DNA of 64,000 nucleotides, taken from the NCBI GenBank assembly GCA_003162695.1, contig PMML01000046.1, positions 32,512 to 96,511 of the forward strand. The letters run 5' to 3'. Position numbers and translations under genes: made by a program. This document shows, in pieces, positions 19,340 to 27,796 of this stretch (positions within the stretch are counted from its first letter, which is position 1; each line of letters starts with the position of its first letter). Source of the stretch: Ignavibacteriota bacterium. Lineage in GTDB: Bacteria > Bacteroidota > Ignavibacteria > UBA10030. The notes under the pieces are model-generated. The model saw only the letters and a list, made by a program, of their open reading frames with translations, did no database searches and was not told the origin of the DNA.

Positions 19340-20356
19340 ATGAACTCCACTAAAATTTTTGTAACAGGCGCGACCGGTTTTATCGGCACAAAACTTGTCA
19401 ATGAACTTGTCCGGCAGGGGCATGTTGTCCATGCGCTGACGCGTTCTGCAAGCAACCTCGACGGATTACAGCATGAGCGCATCAAGTGCGTTCAGGGAGA
19501 TATTCTGGACCCCGGTTCCCTTGAAAAAGGTATGGAAGGATGCACACATGTGTTTCATCTTGCCGCCTATGCAAAAAACTGGTCGAAGAATCCTCGGGTT
19601 TTTTATGATCATAACGTCACCGGCATGTTGAATGTTTTTGAAGCCGCAAAAAAGACGGGCATACAGCGCGTCGTATGGACATCGACCATTGTTACGTTCG
19701 GTCCTACTCAACCAGGCACCGTAGGGGATGAGACGCTGACGCGTATCACGGATCGGTATTACACCGAATATGAAGAGACAAAATCGATTGCAGAACGGAA
19801 AGCGTTGGATCTTGCTGCAGGGGGATTTCCGCTCGTTCTCGTTAATCCTACACGTGTTTACGGACCCGGGAAAATGACGGAAGGAAATTCAGTCAGCTTG
19901 ATGATCGATCAATATGACCGCGGATTGCTGCCGATTCTTCTTCATCGAGGAGTTAATGTGGGGAATTATGTTTTTATCGACGATCTTGTCCGCGGCCATA
20001 TTCTTGCAATGGAACGGGGGCGCATCGGCGATCGGTATATCCTCGGCGGCGAGAACGCTTCGTTAAAACATTTTTATGAAATCATCGATGAAATCAGCGG
20101 CAAGCCTCACCTGCAGTTCAATCTCCCTCCGGGTGCTGCAAGGTTCTATGGGAGGACGTTGAAATTTCTTGCAGAGACTTTTGGAATGTATCCTCAAATT
20201 ACGAGCGGATGGGTGGAAACCTTTCTGCAGGAGTGGGCGTTTTCATGTGCCAAAGCGGAACGCGAGCTCGGTTATACCATCACTCCTCTGAAAGAAGGAA
20301 TCCGTCAAACATACATCTGGATTCTCCAGCAGCGTGCCGAGCGGCGGAGTCGATAA
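19340..20356 (+). CDS. NAD-dependent epimerase/dehydratase family protein (possibly hopanoid-associated sugar epimerase-like)
   Basis: A Rossmann GxxGxxG motif (VTGATGFIGTKLV) and the extended-SDR catalytic YxxxK region are present. The protein is 338 aa. Confidence 0.8.
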   Translation: MNSTKIFVTGATGFIGTKLVNELVRQGHVVHALTRSASNLDGLQHERIKCVQGDILDPGSLEKGMEGCTHVFHLAAYAKNWSKNPRVFYDHNVTGMLNVFEAAKKTGIQRVVWTSTIVTFGPTQPGTVGDETLTRITDRYYTEYEETKSIAERKALDLAAGGFPLVLVNPTRVYGPGKMTEGNSVSLMIDQYDRGLLPILLHRGVNVGNYVFIDDLVRGHILAMERGRIGDRYILGGENASLKHFYEIIDEISGKPHLQFNLPPGAARFYGRTLKFLAETFGMYPQITSGWVETFLQEWAFSCAKAERELGYTITPLKEGIRQTYIWILQQRAERRSR

Positions 20357-20495
20357 AAGGCATAATCGGACGATTGATCCTTCAGACAGCCTTTTTCGTA
20401 AGGAAAAACACAGATGTCCATTCTTCTTTCTTTAGAAAAAAAACCGTATGTTGAAAACATAAATTTTAAGCTATTATCTATTCAAAATCATTATC

Positions 20496-21203
20496 GTGAG
20501 GATGAGGAGCATGAGGAAAATATTAATGATCGGTCTTGCAGCGTCTCTCGTTTTCTCTTCGGTCAGTGCACAGAAGAAAAAGACACCGACGACAGAGAAA
20601 GAAAAAATCAGTTATTGCATCGGTGTAAACTTAGGAAAAAATTTCGACATGCAGGGAATCGATGTCGACCCGAATATGCTGCTTCTCGGTATAAAAGATA
20701 TTCTTTCGAAAAAGACACCGGCGATGACCGATAAAGATATGGAATCGATCATGTTGAATTTTCAGAAAACCATGATGGCTAAATCGGATGCAAAACGCAA
20801 AATAGACGGAGAAAAGAACGAAAAAGAAGGAGCCGCTTTTCTTGAAGCTAATAAAAAGAAGCCGGATGTTGTAACGCTTCCGAGCGGGCTTCAATATAAG
20901 GTCATTACCATGGGAAACGGCGCTAAACCAACAGCGATGCAAACCGTGCGATGCAATTATCGAGGATCGTTTGTTAACGGTAAAGAATTCGACAATTCAT
21001 ATAAGCGGGGAGCAACCGCAGAGTTGCCGCTCGATCATGTTATAAAAGGATGGGCTGAGGGCATCCAGTTGATGCCGACCGGTTCCAAATGGGAATTTTA
21101 CATTCCATCCGATCTTGCATACGGAGTACAGGGAGAGCCCAGGGGAGGTATCGGTCCGAATGCTGTTCTGGTGTTTGAAGTTGAATTGATCGGAATCAAA
21201 TAA
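20496..21203 (+). CDS. FKBP-type peptidyl-prolyl cis-trans isomerase (FkpA-like, secreted)
   Basis: A signal peptide is followed by an N-terminal dimerisation/helical region. The C-terminal FKBP domain is LPSGLQYKVITMGNGAKP...GWAEGIQLMPTGSKWEFYIPSDLAYG. Confidence 0.85.
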   Translation: MRMRSMRKILMIGLAASLVFSSVSAQKKKTPTTEKEKISYCIGVNLGKNFDMQGIDVDPNMLLLGIKDILSKKTPAMTDKDMESIMLNFQKTMMAKSDAKRKIDGEKNEKEGAAFLEANKKKPDVVTLPSGLQYKVITMGNGAKPTAMQTVRCNYRGSFVNGKEFDNSYKRGATAELPLDHVIKGWAEGIQLMPTGSKWEFYIPSDLAYGVQGEPRGGIGPNAVLVFEVELIGIK

Positions 21204-21208
21204 TCTCT

Positions 21209-21871
21209 GTGGAATTCCTCCAACATCCGATAGATTTTATCCTCCATTTGGATAAATTTCTGCCTTTACTCTGTCATGAGTACGGAATATGGATCTACGG
21301 GATACTGTGTGCGATTATTTTCTGCGAAACAGGATTAGTGGTCACGCCGTTTTTGCCGGGAGATTCCCTGCTCTTTGCAGTCGGGTCGCTTGCGGCTTTG
21401 GGAGCGCTGCGGGTGGAATTTGCAATTCCGCTGCTTCTCTGCGCCGCACTTTTGGGCGACAATACGAATTATTGGATCGGCCGGAAGATCGGTCCGAAGG
21501 TTTTTAACAGCGCGCATTCACGATTCTTTAACAAGGAATATTTGGATCGAACCCATTTGTTCTATGAGAAGTACGGAAAAGCTGCCGTTATCATTGCGCG
21601 ATTTCTTCCGATCATCCGCACTTTTGCGCCATTTGTGGCAGGTATTGGAAAAATGCGCTACCGCATTTTTCTTGTTTTCAGCGTCATCGGTGCAGCTTTA
21701 TGGGTGAATCTTTTCGCCGTTGCCGGATATTATTTCGGCAATATTCCGTTTGTTAAGCAAAATTTTTCAATTGTCGTTATAGCGCTGGTTCTGATCCCCG
21801 GCCTGCCGGCTCTTATCGAATTTCTGCGCCAGTTAAGGGCTCGATGGACAAAGAAGACAATTGCTTCATAG
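21209..21871 (+). CDS. DedA/SNARE-associated (TVP38/TMEM64) family membrane protein
   Basis: The conserved CETGLVVTPFLPGDSLLFAVG motif is present. It is a polytopic protein of about 220 aa. The ORF begins with GTG at 21209. Confidence 0.8.
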   Translation: MEFLQHPIDFILHLDKFLPLLCHEYGIWIYGILCAIIFCETGLVVTPFLPGDSLLFAVGSLAALGALRVEFAIPLLLCAALLGDNTNYWIGRKIGPKVFNSAHSRFFNKEYLDRTHLFYEKYGKAAVIIARFLPIIRTFAPFVAGIGKMRYRIFLVFSVIGAALWVNLFAVAGYYFGNIPFVKQNFSIVVIALVLIPGLPALIEFLRQLRARWTKKTIAS

Positions 21872-22127
21872 TATGAAGCTTTTTTCAATGTCGGTCGTCT
21901 GCGGCCTGTGATGATCCGGCTGTCCATGCGCCGACGCGCGTGCAGAGATTGGCAAAAATCGAATATACGGTATTCTCTTCAATGGCCGTGCGTGAAACGC
22001 GGACGGCAAATGAATCGTACGGCGTGAATGCCGGCTGAGCAGATGAGATCTGAACGGCAAATAAAAAACTTCCTGCAAGGCAAAGGCTTCAGGCAATAGT
22101 CATATGCTTTGTTCCGTGAGTCCTGGT

Positions 22128-22913
22128 TTATTTCGTACTGTGAAGTTTTTCGACAAGATTCATAAGCCATCGCCGCGAGATGAAGCGCGTCGAAAAAGCA
22201 CTAAGAACATTGAGATGTCCGGTTATAACGACCGGTTTACCTTTCAAAAGGCCGCGATAACCGATTGCGGCCACTTCTTCCGGACTCATCACGGATATCC
22301 TTTTTAAAAGATTGCTCTGTGCCATGCCGGCTCGTGCCTGGAATCCCGTATTGGTCGGACCGGGGCAAAGTGCGGTGACTGTAATGCCGTTGGAACGCAA
22401 TTCATTTGAAAGAGCTGCGGAAAAACTCAGAACGTATGCTTTGGAAGCATAATAGACCGCCATTCCGGGGCCGGGTAAAAAGGCGGCAGTCGAAGCGACA
22501 TTTAAAATTTTTCCCCGCTTTCGCAGAATCATATCGGGTAAAAAAAGACGTGTCAGATGTGTGAGCGCCGTTACGTTGACCTGCAGCATTTCCAGCTGGT
22601 CTGCCAGACCGAGCTGTGAAAACTTCCCCAATAAGCCGAATCCTGCATTGTTCACTAGAATGTCGACTTCGATCATTTCCGCACGCAGAGCCTGATAGAT
22701 TTCATCTGGCGTTGACGAGATGGCGAGGTCTTTGAGACAATATTTGATGTCGATGTTGTATTGACGTTCCCAGCGTTCTTTGATGGATGTGAGTTTCTCC
22801 GGTTTTCTGCCGGTTAAAGCGAGGTTATAACCGTTGCGCGCAAAAATTTCTGCAAGTGCATAACCGATGCCTCCGGTCGCGCCTGTAATAAGGACTGTCT
22901 GTTTTGCTTTCAT
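22128..22913 (-). CDS. Short-chain dehydrogenase/reductase (SDR) family oxidoreductase
   Basis: The classical SDR motifs TGATGGIG and NNAG, and the catalytic YxxxK (YYASKAY), are present. Confidence 0.85.
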   Translation of the reverse strand: MKAKQTVLITGATGGIGYALAEIFARNGYNLALTGRKPEKLTSIKERWERQYNIDIKYCLKDLAISSTPDEIYQALRAEMIEVDILVNNAGFGLLGKFSQLGLADQLEMLQVNVTALTHLTRLFLPDMILRKRGKILNVASTAAFLPGPGMAVYYASKAYVLSFSAALSNELRSNGITVTALCPGPTNTGFQARAGMAQSNLLKRISVMSPEEVAAIGYRGLLKGKPVVITGHLNVLSAFSTRFISRRWLMNLVEKLHSTK

Positions 22914-22978
22914 TGTGTTTTCCCCTATTCGAATATTTTATATACTTTCATTTTTATGAATATTGTGACGTTTCGAAA

Positions 22979-24409
22979 TTAGTGCGTATAGAGTGCGATC
23001 ATTCGCTCGATTGCAGCCGAGCAAACCGGATCATAATCGACCGGATTTAATGCGAACATTTTGCAGTCGATCGACGGGCGATACATTCCTCTGGACATGT
23101 ATCCGGCTCCTTCAAAGGCGCCGACTTTGCCGGACCATTGGGAATCCTGGAGAATATTTCTCGATTGTTGCAGCAGTGATTCACGCTTCTGGTAGTAATC
23201 GGGAGCCAGACGGTCGAGTTGACCGCGAAGGGCTTCGATACTGTCGTATTCCGACTTTTTCCAAAGTGTTGGAAGAGGAACACTTTTTGACACGAATTGT
23301 TTCCATTTTAAATTTTCGGATCTATTCATGCGGGTAATGTTCGGTTCCCAGGGTTCGACCCCCTTCTGATAAAAATCGTTGTATGACACCTGTGAGCCAT
23401 AATATTCATCCGCCAGTCCTCCGAAACAATGTCCGAATTCATGTACATAAACATAATCACGTTCCCATTCCTGTCCCGGCTGAACTGCTTTTGTAAAACA
23501 TGTCGTATAGAGGTTGAAAATGCCGCCGCCGCCGTACCTGTTGTCGTTTACGAGGATTGTAATAAAATCATATGGTACAATACCGGCGATATCACGCAGC
23601 ACACGGTTTTCCTCGGTCAGGATATAGCGGATAGAGCCGAATGTGTTATACGATGTTCCGAGTGCCGTGTTTTTCCAGATATTTTGATCAGGCTTATCGA
23701 TGCCGGAATCTTCGGATACGACTTCCAACGCCCTGACATTGAAATCTTCTTTGTGTTTTTTGAAAGGCTGATACGAAAAGAGTGTTTCAGTAAAGTGTTG
23801 CGCATCGTTCCGGAATTTTTCCATATCGTCCTTCGTATAACCGTCGCCGACGATAAGAATGTCCACCTTTTTCTCGACTGGACCGTTTATCATAACGTCG
23901 AATTCCTTGAACGGAGAAGTGTGTTTTTTCCGGTTGACGGCAGTCGGATCGTTCGGATCGATGACGACAGAAAACATCTCCCGAAATGCCATCATTTCTC
24001 CTGCGGCAACGAATTTATCCCGGCGGAAAAATGCAGCCATAACTTTTCTTCTGGGAAATGGAAAACGGACGGTTTCATGGAAAGTCTTCCACGTTCCATT
24101 GATAGATTCATCCGTGGTCTGCCATTCGTTAAAGAGGGTTGAATAACCGCGCGAATAGAGAAGCATTCCTGTTTGTAGGTCGCTAATCGTGACAAAGCTG
24201 TCGCCGAGATTTAACGTATCAAGAAGGTTATTTATACTGCCGGGCCATGCGGATTCCTCATAGACTTTATCCAGAGTGATATACTCCTTTTCTTTCGTGC
24301 CGATGTGATAATAATCCACACGCATCGTAGTTTTAAGGAAAAAGGCATCATAAGTCTGGCCAAAGAGCGGCCATGAAAAGATAATACAAAGAACGAACAG
24401 CCTTTTCAT
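22979..24409 (-). CDS. Secreted zinc metallopeptidase, M64 (IgA peptidase)-like
   Basis: The N-terminal signal is MKRLFVLCIIFSWPLFG. The HEFGHCFGGLADEYY motif (HExxH ... D) matches the M64 family signature. An N-terminal M64_N-like region is present. Confidence 0.6.
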   Translation of the reverse strand: MKRLFVLCIIFSWPLFGQTYDAFFLKTTMRVDYYHIGTKEKEYITLDKVYEESAWPGSINNLLDTLNLGDSFVTISDLQTGMLLYSRGYSTLFNEWQTTDESINGTWKTFHETVRFPFPRRKVMAAFFRRDKFVAAGEMMAFREMFSVVIDPNDPTAVNRKKHTSPFKEFDVMINGPVEKKVDILIVGDGYTKDDMEKFRNDAQHFTETLFSYQPFKKHKEDFNVRALEVVSEDSGIDKPDQNIWKNTALGTSYNTFGSIRYILTEENRVLRDIAGIVPYDFITILVNDNRYGGGGIFNLYTTCFTKAVQPGQEWERDYVYVHEFGHCFGGLADEYYGSQVSYNDFYQKGVEPWEPNITRMNRSENLKWKQFVSKSVPLPTLWKKSEYDSIEALRGQLDRLAPDYYQKRESLLQQSRNILQDSQWSGKVGAFEGAGYMSRGMYRPSIDCKMFALNPVDYDPVCSAAIERMIALYTH

Positions 24410-24665
24410 GTAAAAATCCTTTATGATATAAAAAATTGATAATTAATGTAATGTACAACAGCATGAATGGACAAACAAGGAGAATGTCCGAAAAGGGCGC
24501 TTGACATTAACCCGAAAAAGGTCGAATTTTGCTATAGAAAGAACAGCACTTTGTTGTAAATGCCTGTTCCGTGATGCAGATCATGAGCACGGGTGTGTTG
24601 ATATACAGCACAGCGTTTGAAGGTTATAAGTTCTATTTTACACCGTCATATAAGAGGGATTCGTT

Positions 24666-27077
24666 ATGGAGTTCAAAACTATATTCCGGATGGTTGTTGC
24701 ACTGCTCTGCTGGGCGGGCATTGCATCGGCGCAGCAAGCGCCTTATATCGAACAACAGCCGCCGGTAGAGGTGCTCAACGCTTCGATCTATCAATGTGCA
24801 TTTTCCAGCAGCACAAACCTTTTTTGTTTTGTCGGAAGCAATAACAGCTTAAAGATTGTCGATGCCTCCACATTGAAGGAAAGAATTATGATTCCTTCTA
24901 TTACCTCGAAAATTGAAGCGCTTTCCTTTTCTAAATCGGGCCAATACCTCGCCGTGGGCACTCAAGACGGGAAAGTAACAATAATGAATATGGCTTCCGG
25001 GGCAGTTGTGTCCACTTTCTCTCCTCATGAAAACGGTATTGTTTCCCTTGCATTCCAGGACGAAAGCTGGGTCTTTTCAGCCGGAGGCGATAAGACTGTC
25101 GTGATTTCGGAATCGGCAAACGGTAATGATCTGGCAAAGCTCTCCAATTTCTCAGAAGATATTACAGGAATGACGATCGCTCCGTCAGGAAAATATTTTG
25201 CCGTCTGCACTTATATGGGAGCTGTTCAGATCTATACTGTTACGCAGCAAAAAATTGTACAAACGCTTACTGATGCCAAAGAAAAGATTAACGTACTGTT
25301 TTATACTCCTGATGTAAAATTATTGATTGCAGGAACTGCTCTTGGCGGTCTTTGTGCATGGGATGCACAAACGTATATTCTTAAAGCAAAATGGAACGAT
25401 CAAAAAGGCAGAATTTGGTCGGCCACCGTAGATCCTAAAGGACGGTGGCTGGTAACGGCAGCTTCAGACAGTACAATTCATTTTTATGATCTTGCAAAAC
25501 TCTCACCGATGCGGTTTATCAAAGAGCAAGGCTGTGCCCCGACCTCTGTTACGTTTGTGAACGACGAAACACTGATTGTCGGAACAAGCAAAGGGACAGT
25601 CGAACGATGGAAGGTCTCGGCAGCGCCTCCCGATACAACCCCCCCGTCGATTGTTATCACACAGCCTGCGAATACCACAGAACAATCCCCGATGAAGTTC
25701 TTTGGCGACGAATCGAGTGTGAGCGGCTTTGCCTACGATGATTCCGGAATCAAAGAGCTGTCGGTAGATGGAGTGCCGCTCAAGCTGGATCCGTATACGC
25801 CTCCGGATTCCTTAAAAATCCCTGCATCCATGAAATCGATTAAATTTTCTGCAGCCGTCAAGCTCGAATCACCCGGACTGAATGTCGTTCAAATTACTGC
25901 AAAAGATTTGGTTGGCCACGTAACGATAACAAAGTGCTTTTTAAATAAACTATCCAAAGATCAAGCACTCGAAATTGTAACTCCTTCGAATAATGCTGAA
26001 ACAGATTTAATTTCGATTCCCATTCGATTTCACGCCTGGTTCGATGTCGGTTCATATTCCATCTCTGCCAACATGACCGATATTATCAGCGGTCAGGAAC
26101 CGAGTTTAAACGCGGCGAAGAATGATATCAATGAAACCGTACCACTGCTGGTCGGTTACAATCAGGTTCAACTGACGGTTGTCGATAAATCGGGAAATCA
26201 GTATGTCAAAACTCTCGGTGTTACACGAAAAGCGAATATAACATATAACACATCAGCACCGGCTGCTTCGGCTCAAAAATCGCGCGGAACCTCATCGGGA
26301 CCGCAGCATTGGGCTGTTGTCGTGGGGGTCTCAGAATATCAGAGTTCCGGAATTCCAAGCCTGAAATATGCAGATAAAGATGCCGCTGCAATAGCTGATT
26401 TTCTGCGGAAACCCGAGGGAGGCGGATATGATTCGGATCATATCCGTGTTCTGCTAAACAAAGATGCGACCCTTACCAATGTGAAGGATGCGTTGATCAA
26501 TTTTCTTGCGCAGGCAATCGACATAGACATGGTCATGATATATTTTGCCGGCCATGGGGCGTCCGAACCGGCGCGTCCGCAGAATGTTTATTTGCTGACC
26601 ACCGACAGCGATCCGACTGCGCTGGGCACGACAGCGTTTCCCATGTGGGATATACAGACCGTTCTTGCACGATATATTAATGCGAAACGAGTTGTCGTAT
26701 TTGCCGATGCATGTCACAGCGGCAACATCAGCAGCAATTTTGCAACGCGGGGACTCAGTTCAACGGAAGATAACCTCGTCAACCAATATCTCACCGATCT
26801 TTCAAAGACGAAAGAAGGCATTGTTGTCTTTACAGCAAGCGCTGCAGGCGAGGTTTCTCAGGAATATCCTGAATTTGGGCATGGTGTCTTTTCATATTAT
26901 ATGCTGGAAGGGCTCGAAGGCAAAGCGGATTATAACAACGATTATACGGTAACGATTAACGAATTGATGCAATATGTTGAAGAACAGGTAAAACGTAAAA
27001 CTCACGGCGCGCAGAACCCGACGCGCAGTCAAACGGAATATGATAAAGAAATGACGGTATCAATTCTTCCACACTAA
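24666..27077 (+). CDS. Secreted WD40 beta-propeller protein fused to a C-terminal caspase-like (peptidase C14) domain
   Basis: A signal peptide (MEFKTIFRMVVALLCWAGIASAQQ) is followed by WD40-like repeats. The C-terminal caspase domain is HWAVVVGVSEYQSS...YADKDAAAIADFL and carries the catalytic dyad motifs YFAGHGA (His) and FADACHSG (Cys). Confidence 0.8.
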   Translation: MEFKTIFRMVVALLCWAGIASAQQAPYIEQQPPVEVLNASIYQCAFSSSTNLFCFVGSNNSLKIVDASTLKERIMIPSITSKIEALSFSKSGQYLAVGTQDGKVTIMNMASGAVVSTFSPHENGIVSLAFQDESWVFSAGGDKTVVISESANGNDLAKLSNFSEDITGMTIAPSGKYFAVCTYMGAVQIYTVTQQKIVQTLTDAKEKINVLFYTPDVKLLIAGTALGGLCAWDAQTYILKAKWNDQKGRIWSATVDPKGRWLVTAASDSTIHFYDLAKLSPMRFIKEQGCAPTSVTFVNDETLIVGTSKGTVERWKVSAAPPDTTPPSIVITQPANTTEQSPMKFFGDESSVSGFAYDDSGIKELSVDGVPLKLDPYTPPDSLKIPASMKSIKFSAAVKLESPGLNVVQITAKDLVGHVTITKCFLNKLSKDQALEIVTPSNNAETDLISIPIRFHAWFDVGSYSISANMTDIISGQEPSLNAAKNDINETVPLLVGYNQVQLTVVDKSGNQYVKTLGVTRKANITYNTSAPAASAQKSRGTSSGPQHWAVVVGVSEYQSSGIPSLKYADKDAAAIADFLRKPEGGGYDSDHIRVLLNKDATLTNVKDALINFLAQAIDIDMVMIYFAGHGASEPARPQNVYLLTTDSDPTALGTTAFPMWDIQTVLARYINAKRVVVFADACHSGNISSNFATRGLSSTEDNLVNQYLTDLSKTKEGIVVFTASAAGEVSQEYPEFGHGVFSYYMLEGLEGKADYNNDYTVTINELMQYVEEQVKRKTHGAQNPTRSQTEYDKEMTVSILPH

Positions 27078-27094
27078 GAAAACGAGGAAAGAAT

Positions 27095-27796
27095 ATGCGC
27101 ACTACAATGGTTTGTCTTTTTCTTGCCGGTCTTTTTTTTCTGCCGGCACACAGCAAAGCTCAATCGAACACGCCTTCGGCGGCGGTACAACAGGATGTTC
27201 CTAATATCGACTTTCTATGGTCATTCGGAGCACTTATCGGAACCGATAAGAATTTGGTCAGCATAACCCATGATACCACGCTGAAAAGCGGCGAAGAAAT
27301 TAAAATGATGATACAGCTGAACAAAGAAAGTTTTGTCTATGTCGTGCATTATGATGCGCAGGGAGGTATCGATTTGTTGTTTCCTTACGAATTGGGTCAA
27401 TTCCAATCGGACGATTATATCCTTCAAAAAAATTACTATATCCGAAAAGGACGCACATGGATGGCATTGGATAAGAATCCTGGAAAAGAAGTGTTTTTCA
27501 TTATTGCGTCGACAGGACGGCAGCTGGATCTTGAACGGAAAATCAGCGAATGCCTTACCGCAACCGATGATGCGAAAAAGCAGACTCTGGCAGATAATGT
27601 TGTTGCCGAGATAAGGAATTTGCGGAAACAGTACACGTCATTCGCTGCTTTTGCAGAGAAACCGATCCCAATCGGAGGTAATATCCGCGATATCAAAAAT
27701 GCTCAGGAAACGCGGAGGATAGATGTTGCCGATCTTGCGATCGATATCATAGCAAAGAATTTTTACAGCAAGACGATTACCATTGACCATCAGTAA
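27095..27796 (+). CDS. Secreted DUF4384-like protein (caspase-associated)
   Basis: A signal peptide is present. The core LKSGEEIKMMIQLNKESFVYVVHYDAQGGIDLLFP fits the DUF4384 pattern (x-Y-x-Y-x...D..G.h.LLFP). The gene starts 18 nt after the caspase gene stop. Confidence 0.5.
   Translation: MRTTMVCLFLAGLFFLPAHSKAQSNTPSAAVQQDVPNIDFLWSFGALIGTDKNLVSITHDTTLKSGEEIKMMIQLNKESFVYVVHYDAQGGIDLLFPYELGQFQSDDYILQKNYYIRKGRTWMALDKNPGKEVFFIIASTGRQLDLERKISECLTATDDAKKQTLADNVVAEIRNLRKQYTSFAAFAEKPIPIGGNIRDIKNAQETRRIDVADLAIDIIAKNFYSKTITIDHQ

Noticed and set aside
24410-24665. Possible sigma70-like promoter (TTGACA at about 24502) for the caspase gene
   Set aside because: The spacing to any TATAAT-like element is about 26 nt, which is too long. 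The phylum-specific promoter consensus is uncertain, so it is not reported as a feature.
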